Source: Macrostomum lignano (lineage: Eukaryota). From it: 64,000 nucleotides of DNA. The position numbers and the translations under genes were made by a program. Every line of letters starts with the position of its first letter. The stretch's first letter is position 1. The notes under the pieces were generated by a model. The model was not told the DNA's origin. It worked only from the letters and a program-made list of their open reading frames with translations, and searched no databases. Below are positions 37,375 to 50,069 of the stretch, one piece after another. Location: the NCBI GenBank assembly GCA_002269645.1, contig NIVC01001457.1, forward strand, positions 124,001 to 188,000, in the 5' to 3' direction.

Positions 37375-37799
37375 GTAAGTCTGCCTGGAAATGGAACAAA
37401 TTTTACTTTATCTTGTACATTAATACTCTTGATTCAAGCTAAATAATTTCGAAGTGTACTAGCGCTACAGAAACTTTGAAAGGGCCTTATAAACACTTTT
37501 CAGTCCCTGAGCCGTAATATCCTCAGTAAGACATGTAGCAAGATATGTTATGTTTAGTTCCGTTCCACGATATACACACCTTGCTAAGTTTAAACTTTTT
37601 CTTCGTGAATATCTCGCGTGTCTAATTGTATGTCATTGTGCTCTGTACGGCCGTTTTTAGTAGTCAAAAAACAAAAAACCAATTTAAAACAGAATAAAAA
37701 ACCTTTTAGACAACTTACTGAAACCTTAGTCTTTTCAGCAGCTAAGCTAAGCATTTAATGAATGAAAAATCGGGTGCCCATAGACTCAAACGAGCCCCC

Positions 37800-39590
37800 A
37801 ACTTTTTTCGCCATGATTTGGTTTGTTTCGCGTCCCGGTAGTTTAAGTTGTCCCTGCTCGCAGCCCTATAGGAGGTCTTGCGATATCTACTCCTGATAGG
37901 AGCCTCGCCCATGGTAAATAGGCTGCTCCAAAATTAAGCCTTTTCCGCAGACTTCGGGGTTTCCCGGCTCTCGGACCGCTTTCAGTAGCATTTCTGACAT
38001 TTTCCAATCTGTTTTCGCGCACTCTCGGGATTTGTCTGCTGGGGGTGGCTTGGGTGGACTCGGTCCTTGCACCGTCCCTGATTCCACAAGTTGGGTTGGC
38101 GGTGTCTTAGTCCATAGGCTTGGGTTAGTAGCGTCCAACCTTTCTGGCCACGACGTCAGGTCCCAAAATCTGGGCTGCTCGGGCTATATGCCCCTGATAG
38201 ACGTGCCCCCCTCAGCGGCAGAGCCCTTCCCTGGGCTGATCCGCGGGAGCCCCTAGGCTGCCCACCTTCGTTTAACAACAACAAAAGCAGGTTAGCAGTG
38301 GCTAGCCTTGCAATAGTAATTGAGCTTCGCAGTTAGGACCACCTAGAATTTCCTTTCCCTTGTAGAGATCTTCAAACACAGTAGCCTACTAAAAGTAGTA
38401 ACATAAAGTTATGAATACAAATTTAAAAATAGCTATGTGTCATACTCTATTTTTAGTAATACCAGTCATATCACGCAAACAGCGAGTGACTATGCTATTG
38501 TTCGAAAAAACCGGTTCTCGACATCTATTTTTAGAACTTCCAAATATGGTAAATGTTAACCTGAATGTAACCCAAGTCTCACCCTTTTCTATTCAAAAAC
38601 CCCACCAGTCAAATAATAAAATTCCTTTCGTGAACTCATCAAAAAAACCGGTTTTGAGCTCAAGGTCGACTCAAGGCCGAAAAATTGTGTATAAATACAA
38701 ACGCAAAATCCGAACTGAAATCTCAGACTCGGAGCAGCCTCCAAAGATCTTGGGCTTTGCAAGAGCAGCCAAACGAGGCTATATCTCTGAGGAAGAGAAA
38801 CACCAATTGGTAAGCTTTGTTCAAGTCTTCGTTATTTTGATTATTGAGAGCGATTGTTATTGCCGGCCGTTACTGTTCAGTCGATTTTATTGAGACTATT
38901 GAGTTTGAGGCCTCCCTTTCCTAAGGGATTGGATAGGATCTGCGGACCGATTCCGATACCCTTAGAGGATTTTTGATTTGATTGATTTTGGTTATCCTAG
39001 ATTAACCGATAGGAGCACACGACTCCGATTCCGTTAGTTCTAGAAGAAGACGCCCTTTCTGGAGGACCTCGTATTGTTATAGAAGTTGATTCTGCTACTA
39101 GAGCGCATTGTTGACATTGATTCCGGCACTCGAGAATATATTGAATTCTGCACTTGAAGAAATACTGCGACGTCGATTTAATTGCTACGTTCTCACTTTC
39201 GGCCGATTCTAGACTTCAAGAAGACCACCCCGGGAGGAACAGCTCTAAGGAGACGAGCTCTACAGACACGCGCGACAAAGAAGAGGAGCCCGCAACAGTA
39301 AGTGATCACTGATTTTGTTCCCAGGCTTAAGTGTCTGGAAGTGGGAGTTTTCGGGAGACTGATCACCTCCCGAATCAACTCTTCACCCTGATGGCGCCCA
39401 ATCTTGCCTCTTATGGCTTAGGCTCACCCTCCGGCCACTCCAATCAGCCTGTGAATCTTTGTGACGCAGCCAAAATTAGCTTTGTGCTACGAAAAGGAGG
39501 ATCCACGTGGCCCGTGTCTAGGACTCCTGGTGGACCCACCCTATTTACCCACTGCTGGGCGCCCCGTTTAACAACAACAGACAATGGTAA
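37800..39590. mobile_element. Possible retroelement remnant
   Basis: GC-rich unique block with the direct repeat CGTTTAACAACAACA (about 38267 and 39568) and PBS-like TGGCGCCCAA (about 39391). No recognisable RT or gag motifs. Confidence 0.3.
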
Positions 39591-40422
39591 CCCACTTAAA
39601 GGTAAAGGTGTCGACTTGAAGGCAGGGGTGTCCACTTAAAGACTGAAGTGTCCACTTAAAGACTGAAGTGTCCACTTAAAGACTGAAGTGTCCACTTAAA
39701 GACTGAAGTGTCCACTTAAAGACTGAAGTGTCCACTTGAAGACTGAAGTGTCCACTTAAAGACTGAAGTGTCCACTTAAAGACTGAAGTGTCCACTTAAA
39801 GACTGAAGTGTCCACTTGAAGACTGAAGTGTCCACTTAAAGACTGAAGTGTCCACTTAAAGACTGAAGTGTCCACTTAAAGACTGAAGTGTCCACTTAAA
39901 GACTGAAGTGTCCACTTAAAGACTGAAGTGTCCACTTAAAGACTGAAGTGTCCACTTAAAGACTGAAGTGTCCACTTAAAGACTGAAGTGTCCACTTAAA
40001 GACTGAAGTGTCCACTTAAAGACTGAAGTGTCCACTTAAAGACTGAAGTGTCCACTTAAAGACTGAAGTGTCCTCTTAAGGAAATGGGTGTCCAGGACAT
40101 GCTCCAACTGTCTACTGGCATGCGAGCTCAGGCGATTAACTGAAACGGTGGTCCCTGCGGAGTGACTCGCAATTTTTCCAGCAAACTGTCTTTGGTTTTT
40201 TGTGCGGGTCACCTGCGGTTGGGTTATATGTACTTTTATCCTTTCTGCTCTGACATTTTATAGACTTCGGTTTTCAAATTGCCATAATTGATGCACTTTT
40301 TAATTCAATAAAACAGACAAGCGCGTATCTGTGTACACCATCTTTGATAGTTTTTTGCGAAGTAACTTTCTACTAAAGCGAATGTGAGATGCATTTTTGT
40401 CTGTTATTGAATTCATTGAGAG

Positions 40423-40745
40423 CACGGGTCGGCAGAAGTTTTACCTCAAAGGCCAGATGCGAGTGGAAAGGAGAGGGAATAAGAGAAAGAAGAAGAGATG
40501 AGATATGGGATGAGAAAAAAGATAAGATAGGAGGAGAGAAGACGGAAGAGAGGATCGGGGAAGAAGAGAGGGGTAGAAAGGAGAGGAGAGGAGAGGGGAG
40601 AAGGGAGAGAAAAGAGGGAACTTGAAGAGACAAAAACCTTAAGCGGGCCGGATTGCCATTGTGAAGTTTCAAAGGACCCGAGGGCCGGATTGAGAGGCTT
40701 CTCGGGCCGCATGTGGCCCCGCAGGCCAGAGTTTGCCAACCCCTG
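40423..40745. mobile_element. hAT/Charlie-like MITE
   Basis: Left end CACGGGTCGGCAG; right end GGGCCGCATGTGGCCC...GTTTGCCAACCCCTG; purine-rich interior. No TSD seen. Confidence 0.6.
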
Positions 40746-40950
40746 ATTTCTTCCTCACTTGGCTGAGTTGTGCCCGTCTATAGGTCAATGCTAGGCCAAA
40801 GAAATGCTATATGCATATATAGTCATTGGGAGAACATAAAGAAACTTACGGTGAAGCAACACGAACATAGGGTAAATACTGCGTATATTTAATGCATGCA
40901 ATACATAATATCATATTTGGCGCGAAGCAGATCAGATCTTAGTAATCAAG

Positions 40951-41192
40951 CTGAATGTCACTCATTCAACTACTCACTCAAAGCTGATAGAGACCTTGTT
41001 ACTGTTGCCACACACCTCGATCCGCATCTTCTTTGCCGAGCCGCCCAGACCGACAGTGTGGTCTTCACTGCCAGTGCTAACCTGCGAATGGGCCGACGAC
41101 TCTGCTGCCGTTACGGAGCTCATGCTGACGGAAGTTGTGGCCACGGATTGCACTCCAGCGATGATTTCACTGTGGTGTTTTTGCTGAGTTAG
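40951..41192 (+). pseudogene. Degenerate PAN-like exon related to gene A exon 2
   Basis: HSFNYSLKADRDLVTVATHL versus HSFNSYSLRNNGSVIVSQHL in gene A; RPDRQCGLHCQ (shifted frame) versus RSDADCVLTCQ. A phase-1-compatible acceptor lies at 40949-40950. Confidence 0.4.
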
Positions 41193-44100
41193 CGAGATGC
41201 CAATGTACCGCTCAGTAGCGGAGCTTCTGTGACGGCTGTGACGTCCATACTTCCTTTAATTTGACACTAGTTCTGCCTGAAGATCATATCAAAAAAGTCT
41301 GTCCACACCACCCTCTGGGGACTCCCTCTCCTATTAATTCTGCATTTTGTAGGCGAATTTCACCCATAGACCAAGTTTGGAAGAAAACCATTCTTTCCGC
41401 TTCTGCGCCTCGGCCAAGGAACCAGCTCTCAACCGGGGAATTCGGGCCAGAGAAGAGAATAAACAGGAAGAACTTAAACAGGAAGAGCAGGGAAGAACCC
41501 GTTTCAGTTAAGTTGCAGGGTCTTGATAGTTGCTCCTTGACTTCGGTGTCTGCGCTGTAGCCAGGGGGCGTAGCTAGGGTGTTTACTTGGATGGGTTGTC
41601 ACAGCCGTTGTGATGGGTAAGCACCTGACCGGAGCTGGTGGCCAGGGTGTTCATTGAGTAGTTGCTGCACTCTGCGTTCCGAAAAGCTTCCGAACAAAGG
41701 CTTACGACGGCCGAACACATCAAATAATGGAACTCAGAAGTGGACTCATTTATTAATTTAACAGAGTTTCATTTCAAGACAGTGTTCCGAAGTACAGCTT
41801 TGCCAAAGAACCGACGAGCTTAAAAGGCAGACTTGAGGGAGGCAGAGCAAGCTGAAGATTCCAACAAACAAACAACAGGAACAAAGTACCTCAAGCAGTC
41901 AGAGGGCGTGTTCAGCTTCAACAAGACTATCTAAGCACGAAAGCCTTCTGAATCAATCAATTGTAAATACGAAGTACAATTTGTTACGTCAGAGTCGACC
42001 GAGACGCGTTGCGAAATTGCTTAATTATTGCCAAAATTTTAATTCTATGTCTTACTTACTACTGACAGTCCATAGAGTTCCATAGAGAATTAAATTAACT
42101 CAAGAAGTTAAGCCATAGACAATTCCATTTGGCATGCTATATGGAACGATGAACCAGCATAGAAGGAGCTTTGCAGACAACGAGACGCTTTCATTTTATT
42201 TCAGTTGATTGAGTTCAGCTAAAATGGCGCGAAAAAGAGCCGTCAACTTAAGCTCACAAAGTGGAGCCTGAGTAACTTATGTACACAAATGATACGTCAT
42301 TCTGCTCACAGTGCCATCAGAAATCTGGGTTTGTCAAAAAAGTGACAAAAATAGACTTGTCAACAATTTAGAGACTATTATGTCAACTTAAGCTCAAATG
42401 CAGAGTCTCTAATTATCCTTTTGCTTGTTCTCCCCTATCCCAAGTCCGATTTTCGTCGCTTATTTGCTCCACTTTATGAGCTCAAGTTGACAGGCACTTT
42501 CTGTACGTAATTGAAAGCGTATCGTCGCTGCCTTGCACCGTCCTGACTTTACGGTTTGCATGGCAGTTGCTTCGGAGTTCGGGCTGGTACATTCTGTCAT
42601 CCAGAGATGTGGCCAATTGCAATAAAGATTTAAGGACTTTTTAGACCACCTAGCGGCCGCCGTCACCAAAAAATGGACCCTAACCGAAACTGAGTAATTT
42701 TTTCGGATGGCCCAAATTTTTTCACCAAAACGTGACGATCCCAAAGAACCATTGTGCATACGCTCGTAGCACGACAAAAACTATACCATATTGTTCTTAA
42801 AAATTTTGTTCGATATTTCTAGATAGGCGTGTAAACTTTTCCTTTCTGCTTTATCAAAACTTTTTAATACTTGAAGTATCCTGTAGCCAGAGTTAGAATC
42901 GGCCAGCTTGCTCTCTGTGCCAGCTCTCAAGCCTTCCTGTAAGCACGTGAATAAGACGTGAGCACCATATTTTCTCACAGGCGGTTTTTTGCCGAAGTTC
43001 CAGGTATTCAGATGGTCACTCATCGCAACGGTTGCTGGTTTGTCGGAATGTCAGCTTGTTCTGCCTCCCTCAAGTCTGCCTGGTAAAAGCTTTACTTCGA
43101 TACACCGTCTTGAAATGAACCTCCGTTAAATTAATAAATGAGTCCATTTTTGAGCTCAATTATTTGATGAGTTCTGTTCGGCCGTCGTAGGCCTTTGTTC
43201 GGAAGCTTTTCGGAGCGCAGAGTGAAGCAACTAATCAATGAACACCCTGGTCGCCAGCTGCTGTCAGATGCTTACCCATCACAACTTCCGTGGCACCCCA
43301 TCCAAGTGCAAACCAAACACCGAAGCCAAGGAGCACCTTGCAACTAGCAAAGACTCTGCAAATTAACTGTAACGGGTTCGTTCCAGGTCTGCCGTGCCTT
43401 TGGCCTCAGCTGCGCCACCACACTGTCCTGATTTCACCAGTAAGATACATGTAGGCTCTAGGTAAGCAAGCATTCAGTCTAAATTAATTCAATAGCCGTA
43501 GAGCAGAGAAAGCGCAGTTCAATTTCGATTCAGTTAAAAGTTCCTTCGCAGAAAAATCTAAGTTAGTGTAAGTGGATATGCACTTGTCTGTTTTATTGAA
43601 TTGAAAAGTGCATCAGTTATAGCAATTTGAAAACCGAAGTCTAGAAAGTGTCAGTGCAGAAAGGATAAAAGTACATATAACCCACCCGCAGGTGACCCGC
43701 ACAAAAAAACCACCAACAGTTCAGTGGAAAAAAATGCGAGTCACTCCGCAGGTGGTCGAGCGGTGCAGCCGCAGTTTCAGTTAATCGTCTGTGCTTGCAT
43801 GCGCCTACAGGAGTTTCACCTGTTGGCTGCTTGTAGAACAGGTCGATCGGTGATGGACGAGTGCAGCACTCTTTGTGGGCGAATGAAATGACAAATAATA
43901 TTCCTAGCTAATAATATTAGCTAGTAAATAATAGTGAATATTAGTGGTGGAATCTGCGGCAGTGGCAATCTCAGTTTCAAGTGGACACCCCTGTCTTTAA
44001 GTGGACACCCCTGTCTTGAAGTGGACACCCGGCCCTTTCTTTAAGTGGACACCCAGGTCTTTAAGTGAGCACCCCAGTCTTTAAGTGGACACCCTGTATT

Positions 44101-44714
44101 CAAGAGGACACCCCTGTCTTAAAATGGATACCCTTGTCTTTAAGTGGACATCCTGTCTTTAATTGGACACCCCTGTCTTCAACTGGACATCCCTGTCTTT
44201 AACTGGACATCCCATCTTTAAGTGGACACCACTGTCTTCAAGTGGACACCCCTGTCTTCAACTGGACATCCCTATCTTTAAGTGGACACCACTGTCTTCA
44301 AGTGGACACTCCTGTCTTAAAATGGACACCCCTGTCTTGAAATGGACACCCCTTTCATCAAGTGGACACCCCTTTCTTTAAGTGGACACCCGTCTTTAAG
44401 TGGACACCCCAGTCCCCTCCACTCCTTAAGTGGTCTACAGTTTTAGCAATTAAGGTGAGGATAGAAGGAAAAAAATGTTTTGATTTTCAAGAGGCTGCAA
44501 AAAAATAACAGAAAAAAATGGCATACTTCGTATTTTTGACAGTAGAATGAATTTTAATTGACAGAATTAAAACTAAATTAAAATTAGAATTATTTGACAG
44601 AGCATAGGTAAATATCAAAGAAATTGTAGTTTTGCAATTTACTACGTAGGATTGCAGAGACAGCAAAAATTGATAGTTTTAAACACGCAAGCACTTCAAC
44701 TGACACACATAGAC

Positions 44715-45350
44715 TGCTCACCCCCACCCTACAGCTCCCTGCTCACCCCACACTACAGCTCCCTGCTCACCCCACACTACAGCTCCCTGCTCATCCCACC
44801 CTACAGCTCCCTGCTCACCCCACACTACAGCTCCCTGCTCACCCCACACTACAGCTCCCTGCTCACCCCACACTACAGCTCCCTGCTCACCCCACACTAC
44901 AGCTCCCTGCTCACCCCACACTACAGCTCCCTGCTCACCCCCACCCTACAGCTCCCTGCTCACCCCACCCTACAGCTCCCTGCTCACCCCACACTACAGC
45001 TCCCTGCTCACCCCACCCTACAGCTCCCTGCTCACCCCACCCTACGGCTCCCTGCTCACCCCACCCTACGGCTCCCTGCTCACCCCAAACTACATCTCCT
45101 AACTCAACACCACTCTACACCCGGTTCCAACATATCGCTGCTCATCCTACTCTAGATCTGCCTCCTCAACCTTTTCTAGATCTGTCTGGTCACCCTACCT
45201 TAGCTGTGCCTGCTCAACCTACTCTAGATCTGCATGCTCAACCTACTCTATATCTGCCTGCTCACCCTACTCTATATCTGCCTGCTCACCCTACTCTATA
45301 TCTGCCTGCTCACCCTACTCTATATCTGCATGCTCAACCTACTCTATCAC
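44715..45350. repeat. ~24-bp C-rich minisatellite downstream of gene C
   Basis: Same family as 32215-33390. Confidence 0.9.
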
Positions 45351-45353
45351 GAA

Positions 45354-46968
45354 CTAAGTGCACAGTGAACTGTCAGCTCTTGTGATGAGAACTTTTCCGT
45401 TTGATTCGGTGTTGCCGCCATCCTGGCCAGCAGGGTTCTTGCCAGCTGCGTAGCTGCCACCGCCGCCGCCGCCTGCAGCATTTGTTTTTGCACCGACGCC
45501 ACCGCAACCACCTGTGTAGCCACCACCACCGCCGCCTCCACCTTTATTAGCACCACTTGTCGCTCCACCGCCACCGCCACCACCGTAACCACCAAAGCCG
45601 ACGCTATTATGCCCAGAATTGCCACCTGTCCAGTGTCCTAAAGCACTTCTCCCTGCATAACCTCCTTTATCGTCTTCAGTTGCGGCACCAGCATCACCAG
45701 GAGAGTTCCAACCGGCTCCACCTGCGCCAGACCTTGCCGCTGGCGGACCGGCCCCTCCGCTTCCTTCGGTTGAGCCGCTGCAGGAGCCACCTGGGCCATC
45801 TGTGCCATCGCTTCCGGTATTCGAACTGCTGCCATCGCCTCCGCCTCCTCCGCCACCGGCCACAAGAAGCAGCTGCTTTGGGTTATTATTTATGTACACA
45901 AAGGTGCCGCCGCCTCCGCCTCCGCCTCCTCCGCCATCATTGCCAGGCTTTCCAATAACAATCGTCAGCGTCTCCGATAGGGTAAAGTAGGCCTCTTTAA
46001 AAGCACCTTTGCCACCTGATGCGCTTGAACCGGAATCGCCACCTTTTGCACCGAATGCGGAGATTCGGTAGCAGGCGTTTGCTTCAGGCGGTGTAAAGGT
46101 CGAAAGCGTTCCTGTTTGACTGGCTGCTGCAGAACCGCTTGCTTCTGAAAGAATTTTTGCGATATTCGAGCAGATACATTAAATATAAGTGCATAGAGTG
46201 CATTACTTAGATGCTGTCGTTAAGTAATAATCAGACATTTACATTATTAGTTGTCTACTCACCAGTAAAAGCCACGGGAGCATTCGTTGTAGTAGTAGTA
46301 GTAGTAGTGGTAGTCGGAGTCGTAGTAGTAGTAGTCGGAGTCGTAGTAGTGGTAGTCGGAGTCGTAGTAGTGGTAGTCGGAGTCGTAGTAGTAGTAGTCG
46401 GAGTCGTAGTAGTGGTGGTCGGAGTCGTAGTAGTGGTGGTCGGAGTCGTAGTAGTGGTAGTCGGAGTCGTAGTGGTGGTAGTCGGAGTCGTAGTAGTGGT
46501 GGTCGGAGTCGTAGTAGTAGTAGTCGTAGTCGTAGTAGTGGTAGTCAGCGTCGCCGCAGTGGTAGCCGGAGTCGCCGCAGTTGCAGTCGACGTTGCACCA
46601 GTTGTGGTCGGAGCTGCAGTGCTCAGCGAAGCATTCTCACAATCTGCCCTGTGTCGCAGCACCTGCGTGTAGCAGACCGGTCCGCTACTCAGCTGCCAAT
46701 AAAGCAGCAGGTCGCAGCTGCTTCCAAGAATGCACGATCGGTTGCTTGGCCAGAACTCATAGACTGAGCACAGAGTCGTGTTACTGGCGCACTCGACAGC
46801 GCACACTCGAGAATCGACAACCCCGACGATTTTGCGCTGCTGTCCGCCAGCTGCAGTCGCAGTCGCGGCATTGTAGCACAGGTCGGGCCTCTTGTCGAAG
46901 ACAAAAGATATGCCATCGGCAAATGCAATCAGGACTGCCAAAGTTATGACAACGTCGTGTACTGGCCT
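45354..46968 (-). CDS. Gene C: paralog of gene B with a short mucin stalk; start codon altered
   Basis: Exons 46968-46263 and 46144-45354 (118-bp intron), an uninterrupted 498-codon frame. The ATG of B is AGG here (46968-46966), with an in-frame TGA five codons upstream. Confidence 0.75.
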
Positions 46969-48384
46969 TCTAGGACGTTGTCAGTCGTTTAGGAATATTT
47001 GGTAGACGCTTCTGTTAGGAGACTGGAAGAGTTCAATAGCCAAGAAGTCGCTTGGAAATGAAGCAACTCAAGCAATTGCTGCTCTAAAAAAGACTCAAGC
47101 AGTCTTATGAGTTTTCTGTTACTTTAATTCCCGTTGGCTGCGCTCTAGCGGGCTCTCCGTGGTGGCAGTTATCGCCATGGAAACCAGCTCAAGACAGTAG
47201 ATGTCAGATGTCAGTAGAGCGAGAAACTTGTCCCATGCCGTGTGAGCGTTATAATTCTCGATGCAGTGGGCTTCATTGACAAAACGGAGCCCAACTAGTC
47301 TGGATGTCGCCAACTGGACAATGCCTCTTCAAACCCAATTGACAGAAGGCAGTCGCTGCAGCCACTGCATGATGTCTCTCCGCTGCATACCTGCTGCAAC
47401 CTGACGGTGGGATGCTTCAAGCTGCCTTTGAGTGAAAAATGATTTATTTTTACTCTGGAAGGATGGTTCTTATTGAGCATACTTGAGTATTGCTGTTGAG
47501 TAAGCTTAGTCCAGCCCAGAAACTGCCGTCAGCATTTACATGTAGATTTTCTGGACTGCTTTTAACTTGTTCCCTGCAAAACGAAGACTAGAAGAGTGTT
47601 ACAAGAGTGCCTGCTCAAAGCCTTCAATGTCATCGCCGCTTCTCTCTCAGTTCCAGTTGCAGAAGCAAATTCTGCGGTAGTAGAGCAGGGATTCTCTTGG
47701 CTACCAACTGCCTGAATTGTTTCCAGCTAAAATACTGGGAGCTTCCATTTACTTCATTAGCTGCCAGAAAGTTAACGGAAATTTCCGCATCTTTTGACTA
47801 GAAAGCAAAGCATCCAGCTAATTAACGGGTTTTTCAGTGACGTGGAGCATTTAATTATCTTTTACTTCTAGTAGCAAAAGTAGAATTACTATATATACAT
47901 GTACGAACGTGCCCGTTTACACCAGCCCGTTCACATCACTAAAACAACAATTTTGGCATCTCTTCTGCATTGTTTTGTGAAGCTCGATCATTTTAAATGC
48001 TATAGCATACACTTTGCCCGAGTTGGTTTTCCTGTTGGGCTTGTGTGCACAAAAATGGACTTATTTGAGGGTTGTCGAGTGCACGATTCACAGCCAATGA
48101 GGGCCAAGCCCTAAAGCACTGAGTGCAAATGTACATGTTTAACACAGTATTGCGCATATAGCGCGCTTGTACAGGTACAGCTGGTGCATGTGCTCAGCAG
48201 GAGGTCAGTGGATAGGCAGCTAGAATTGGTGGTACGATTTTGCCCGCGCCATCAAACCAGTTAATCTACTAAATTAGATCAGATCTGAAAAAACCAGTTA
48301 GCTTATAATATAGACTTCGCGGCCCACTAGCATAGTCCACTACTAATATGCATTGAAATGGACTATGTACAATATGCATACATG

Positions 48385-48630
48385 CAGTGGCGGATCTAGA
48401 GTTTCATTTGGGGGGGGCGGTCCAAGTTTTGGGCGCCAACACGAGTAAGGGGCGCCAATTTTTAAGCTAGGGGGCGCAAAAATGCGTGTAGGGGGCGAAA
48501 AATCAAGCTTAAGGCAAGGGGCGCAAACTTAATTAGGTTTTTTGGGGGGCGCAATATGTTCTGAAGCTATATTTTAAGGGGGTGGGGGGTGGGGCGGCGC
48601 CCCTACATACGCCCTACATGTACGCCCCTA
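48385..48630. mobile_element. hAT-type MITE
   Basis: CAGTGGCGGA ... TACGCCCCTA imperfect TIRs; 8-bp flanks CATACATG and CATACTTG match at 7 of 8 positions. Confidence 0.55.
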
Positions 48631-50069
48631 CATACTTGTACCTATAGAATAAAGACTTAAAGAGTACCGCATGCAATTCAAGCATTTTTATTACAATGTA
48701 CATGTGCATGTATTACAAAATACAAAAAAGTTCAGCCAATGACACTTGTGAGTATATTTACAACGTGTATGAACAAGTATGAACAAGACAACATGATGAA
48801 CATAAGTCAAAATACTCAACGATCACTGGTACATTGTATATTTTTAAAGGAAAAGAAATCATCATACTTCGGCCTTAAAAAAATTCTTTGGGTGTACGAG
48901 TATAATGTATTATAGCGTCATGAGTGCAGTAGAGTCAAGCTGGCTTACGCGTGCGTACGTTTGCGCGTCCAGTCTCTGCATGAGGCACACGGCCTTGCAG
49001 TGACGCTGATGCCTTTGTGAACTTACCGCGTATTTTAATTGTTTTCTAGCCGTGGCTGCGAGATGCTTCTTTCAATTGGGGCCATGCAATTAAAGAAAGT
49101 GAAAGATAATTGTGCAAAAATGAAGCTGCAGAGGCAGTCAAATATTCAAAAAAGTTAAATATTTATACGGCTTTATTTTTGGAAGATCCGAACCGATTCT
49201 GGTTCAAGGACCACTTTATATAGCACACACACTGTATATACAGTGTGGTCCTTGGTGAAAAGCCTAAAATAGCCTTTAGGTGATACTGTATGTGTAAATA
49301 TTACCAAAATAATTTAAAAACCCAAAGAAGCCTTTTAACTTACATTTATATTACCTTTAGCTTTGGCAATAAACCTGTTAGCAAAGATTAGGTTTAATTG
49401 TTAAAACATTTTGTTTTAATATGTAAACTAAAACAATTCAAACTTACAAATCCAGGAATGGACCGCGCCCTAGCTTAAGCTTAGCCATTGCAGAGTACGT
49501 AGGAACGTAGGGCTTGTTGGCATCATGCGATTGTACCGAGTGACCTGAATTCGCCAACTTTATAAGATAAGGCCGATCGCTTTTATAAGTAACAGGTAGC
49601 CTAGGAGGAGTTATCGAACATACACACATAGTACATATACACATACACACAAGTGACACAATCACATACAATACAAACAATGCTATGCCATGCCTAAACT
49701 TATATTTATATGTAATATTTATGTAGAATGCGTAGCAAATATAACGACCTAAAGTAAAATCTTTCTAAAAATCAAAGTCCCTATGTTTAAACTTCAAAGA
49801 TAAAGATTGAAATAACAATGAAAGAAAACGAACCCTGACATTTAGTTGAAAAGGAGTCAAGTATTGAGTAGGGCCTAACATTTTGTATCTATGACTTACC
49901 TTTGTAACAGGCATTCTTGAGCCTGAACCAAGAAATAGTCAAAATTGATTTATTTTAAAATTTGTGTATTTTAGAATCTAGGCCTATTTTGAATTATAAA
50001 TTTGTTTCATTCAGGTCTTCATTTTAAGGCCTAATTTTATTTATTATTAATATAGAGTACTTATGGGCA

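Larger units (their letters stand above)
39590..44420. mobile_element. Second copy of the foldback element (X2)
   Basis: Inverted arms at 39590-40390 and 43040-44420 with 20-bp GTGTCCACTTAAAGAC arrays. Core 41500-43035 matches X1 27500-28230 plus 30124-30790. Confidence 0.7.

Noticed and set aside
38411-38893. 160-aa ORF
   Set aside because: AT-rich, no recognisable motif, inside a probable repeat remnant.
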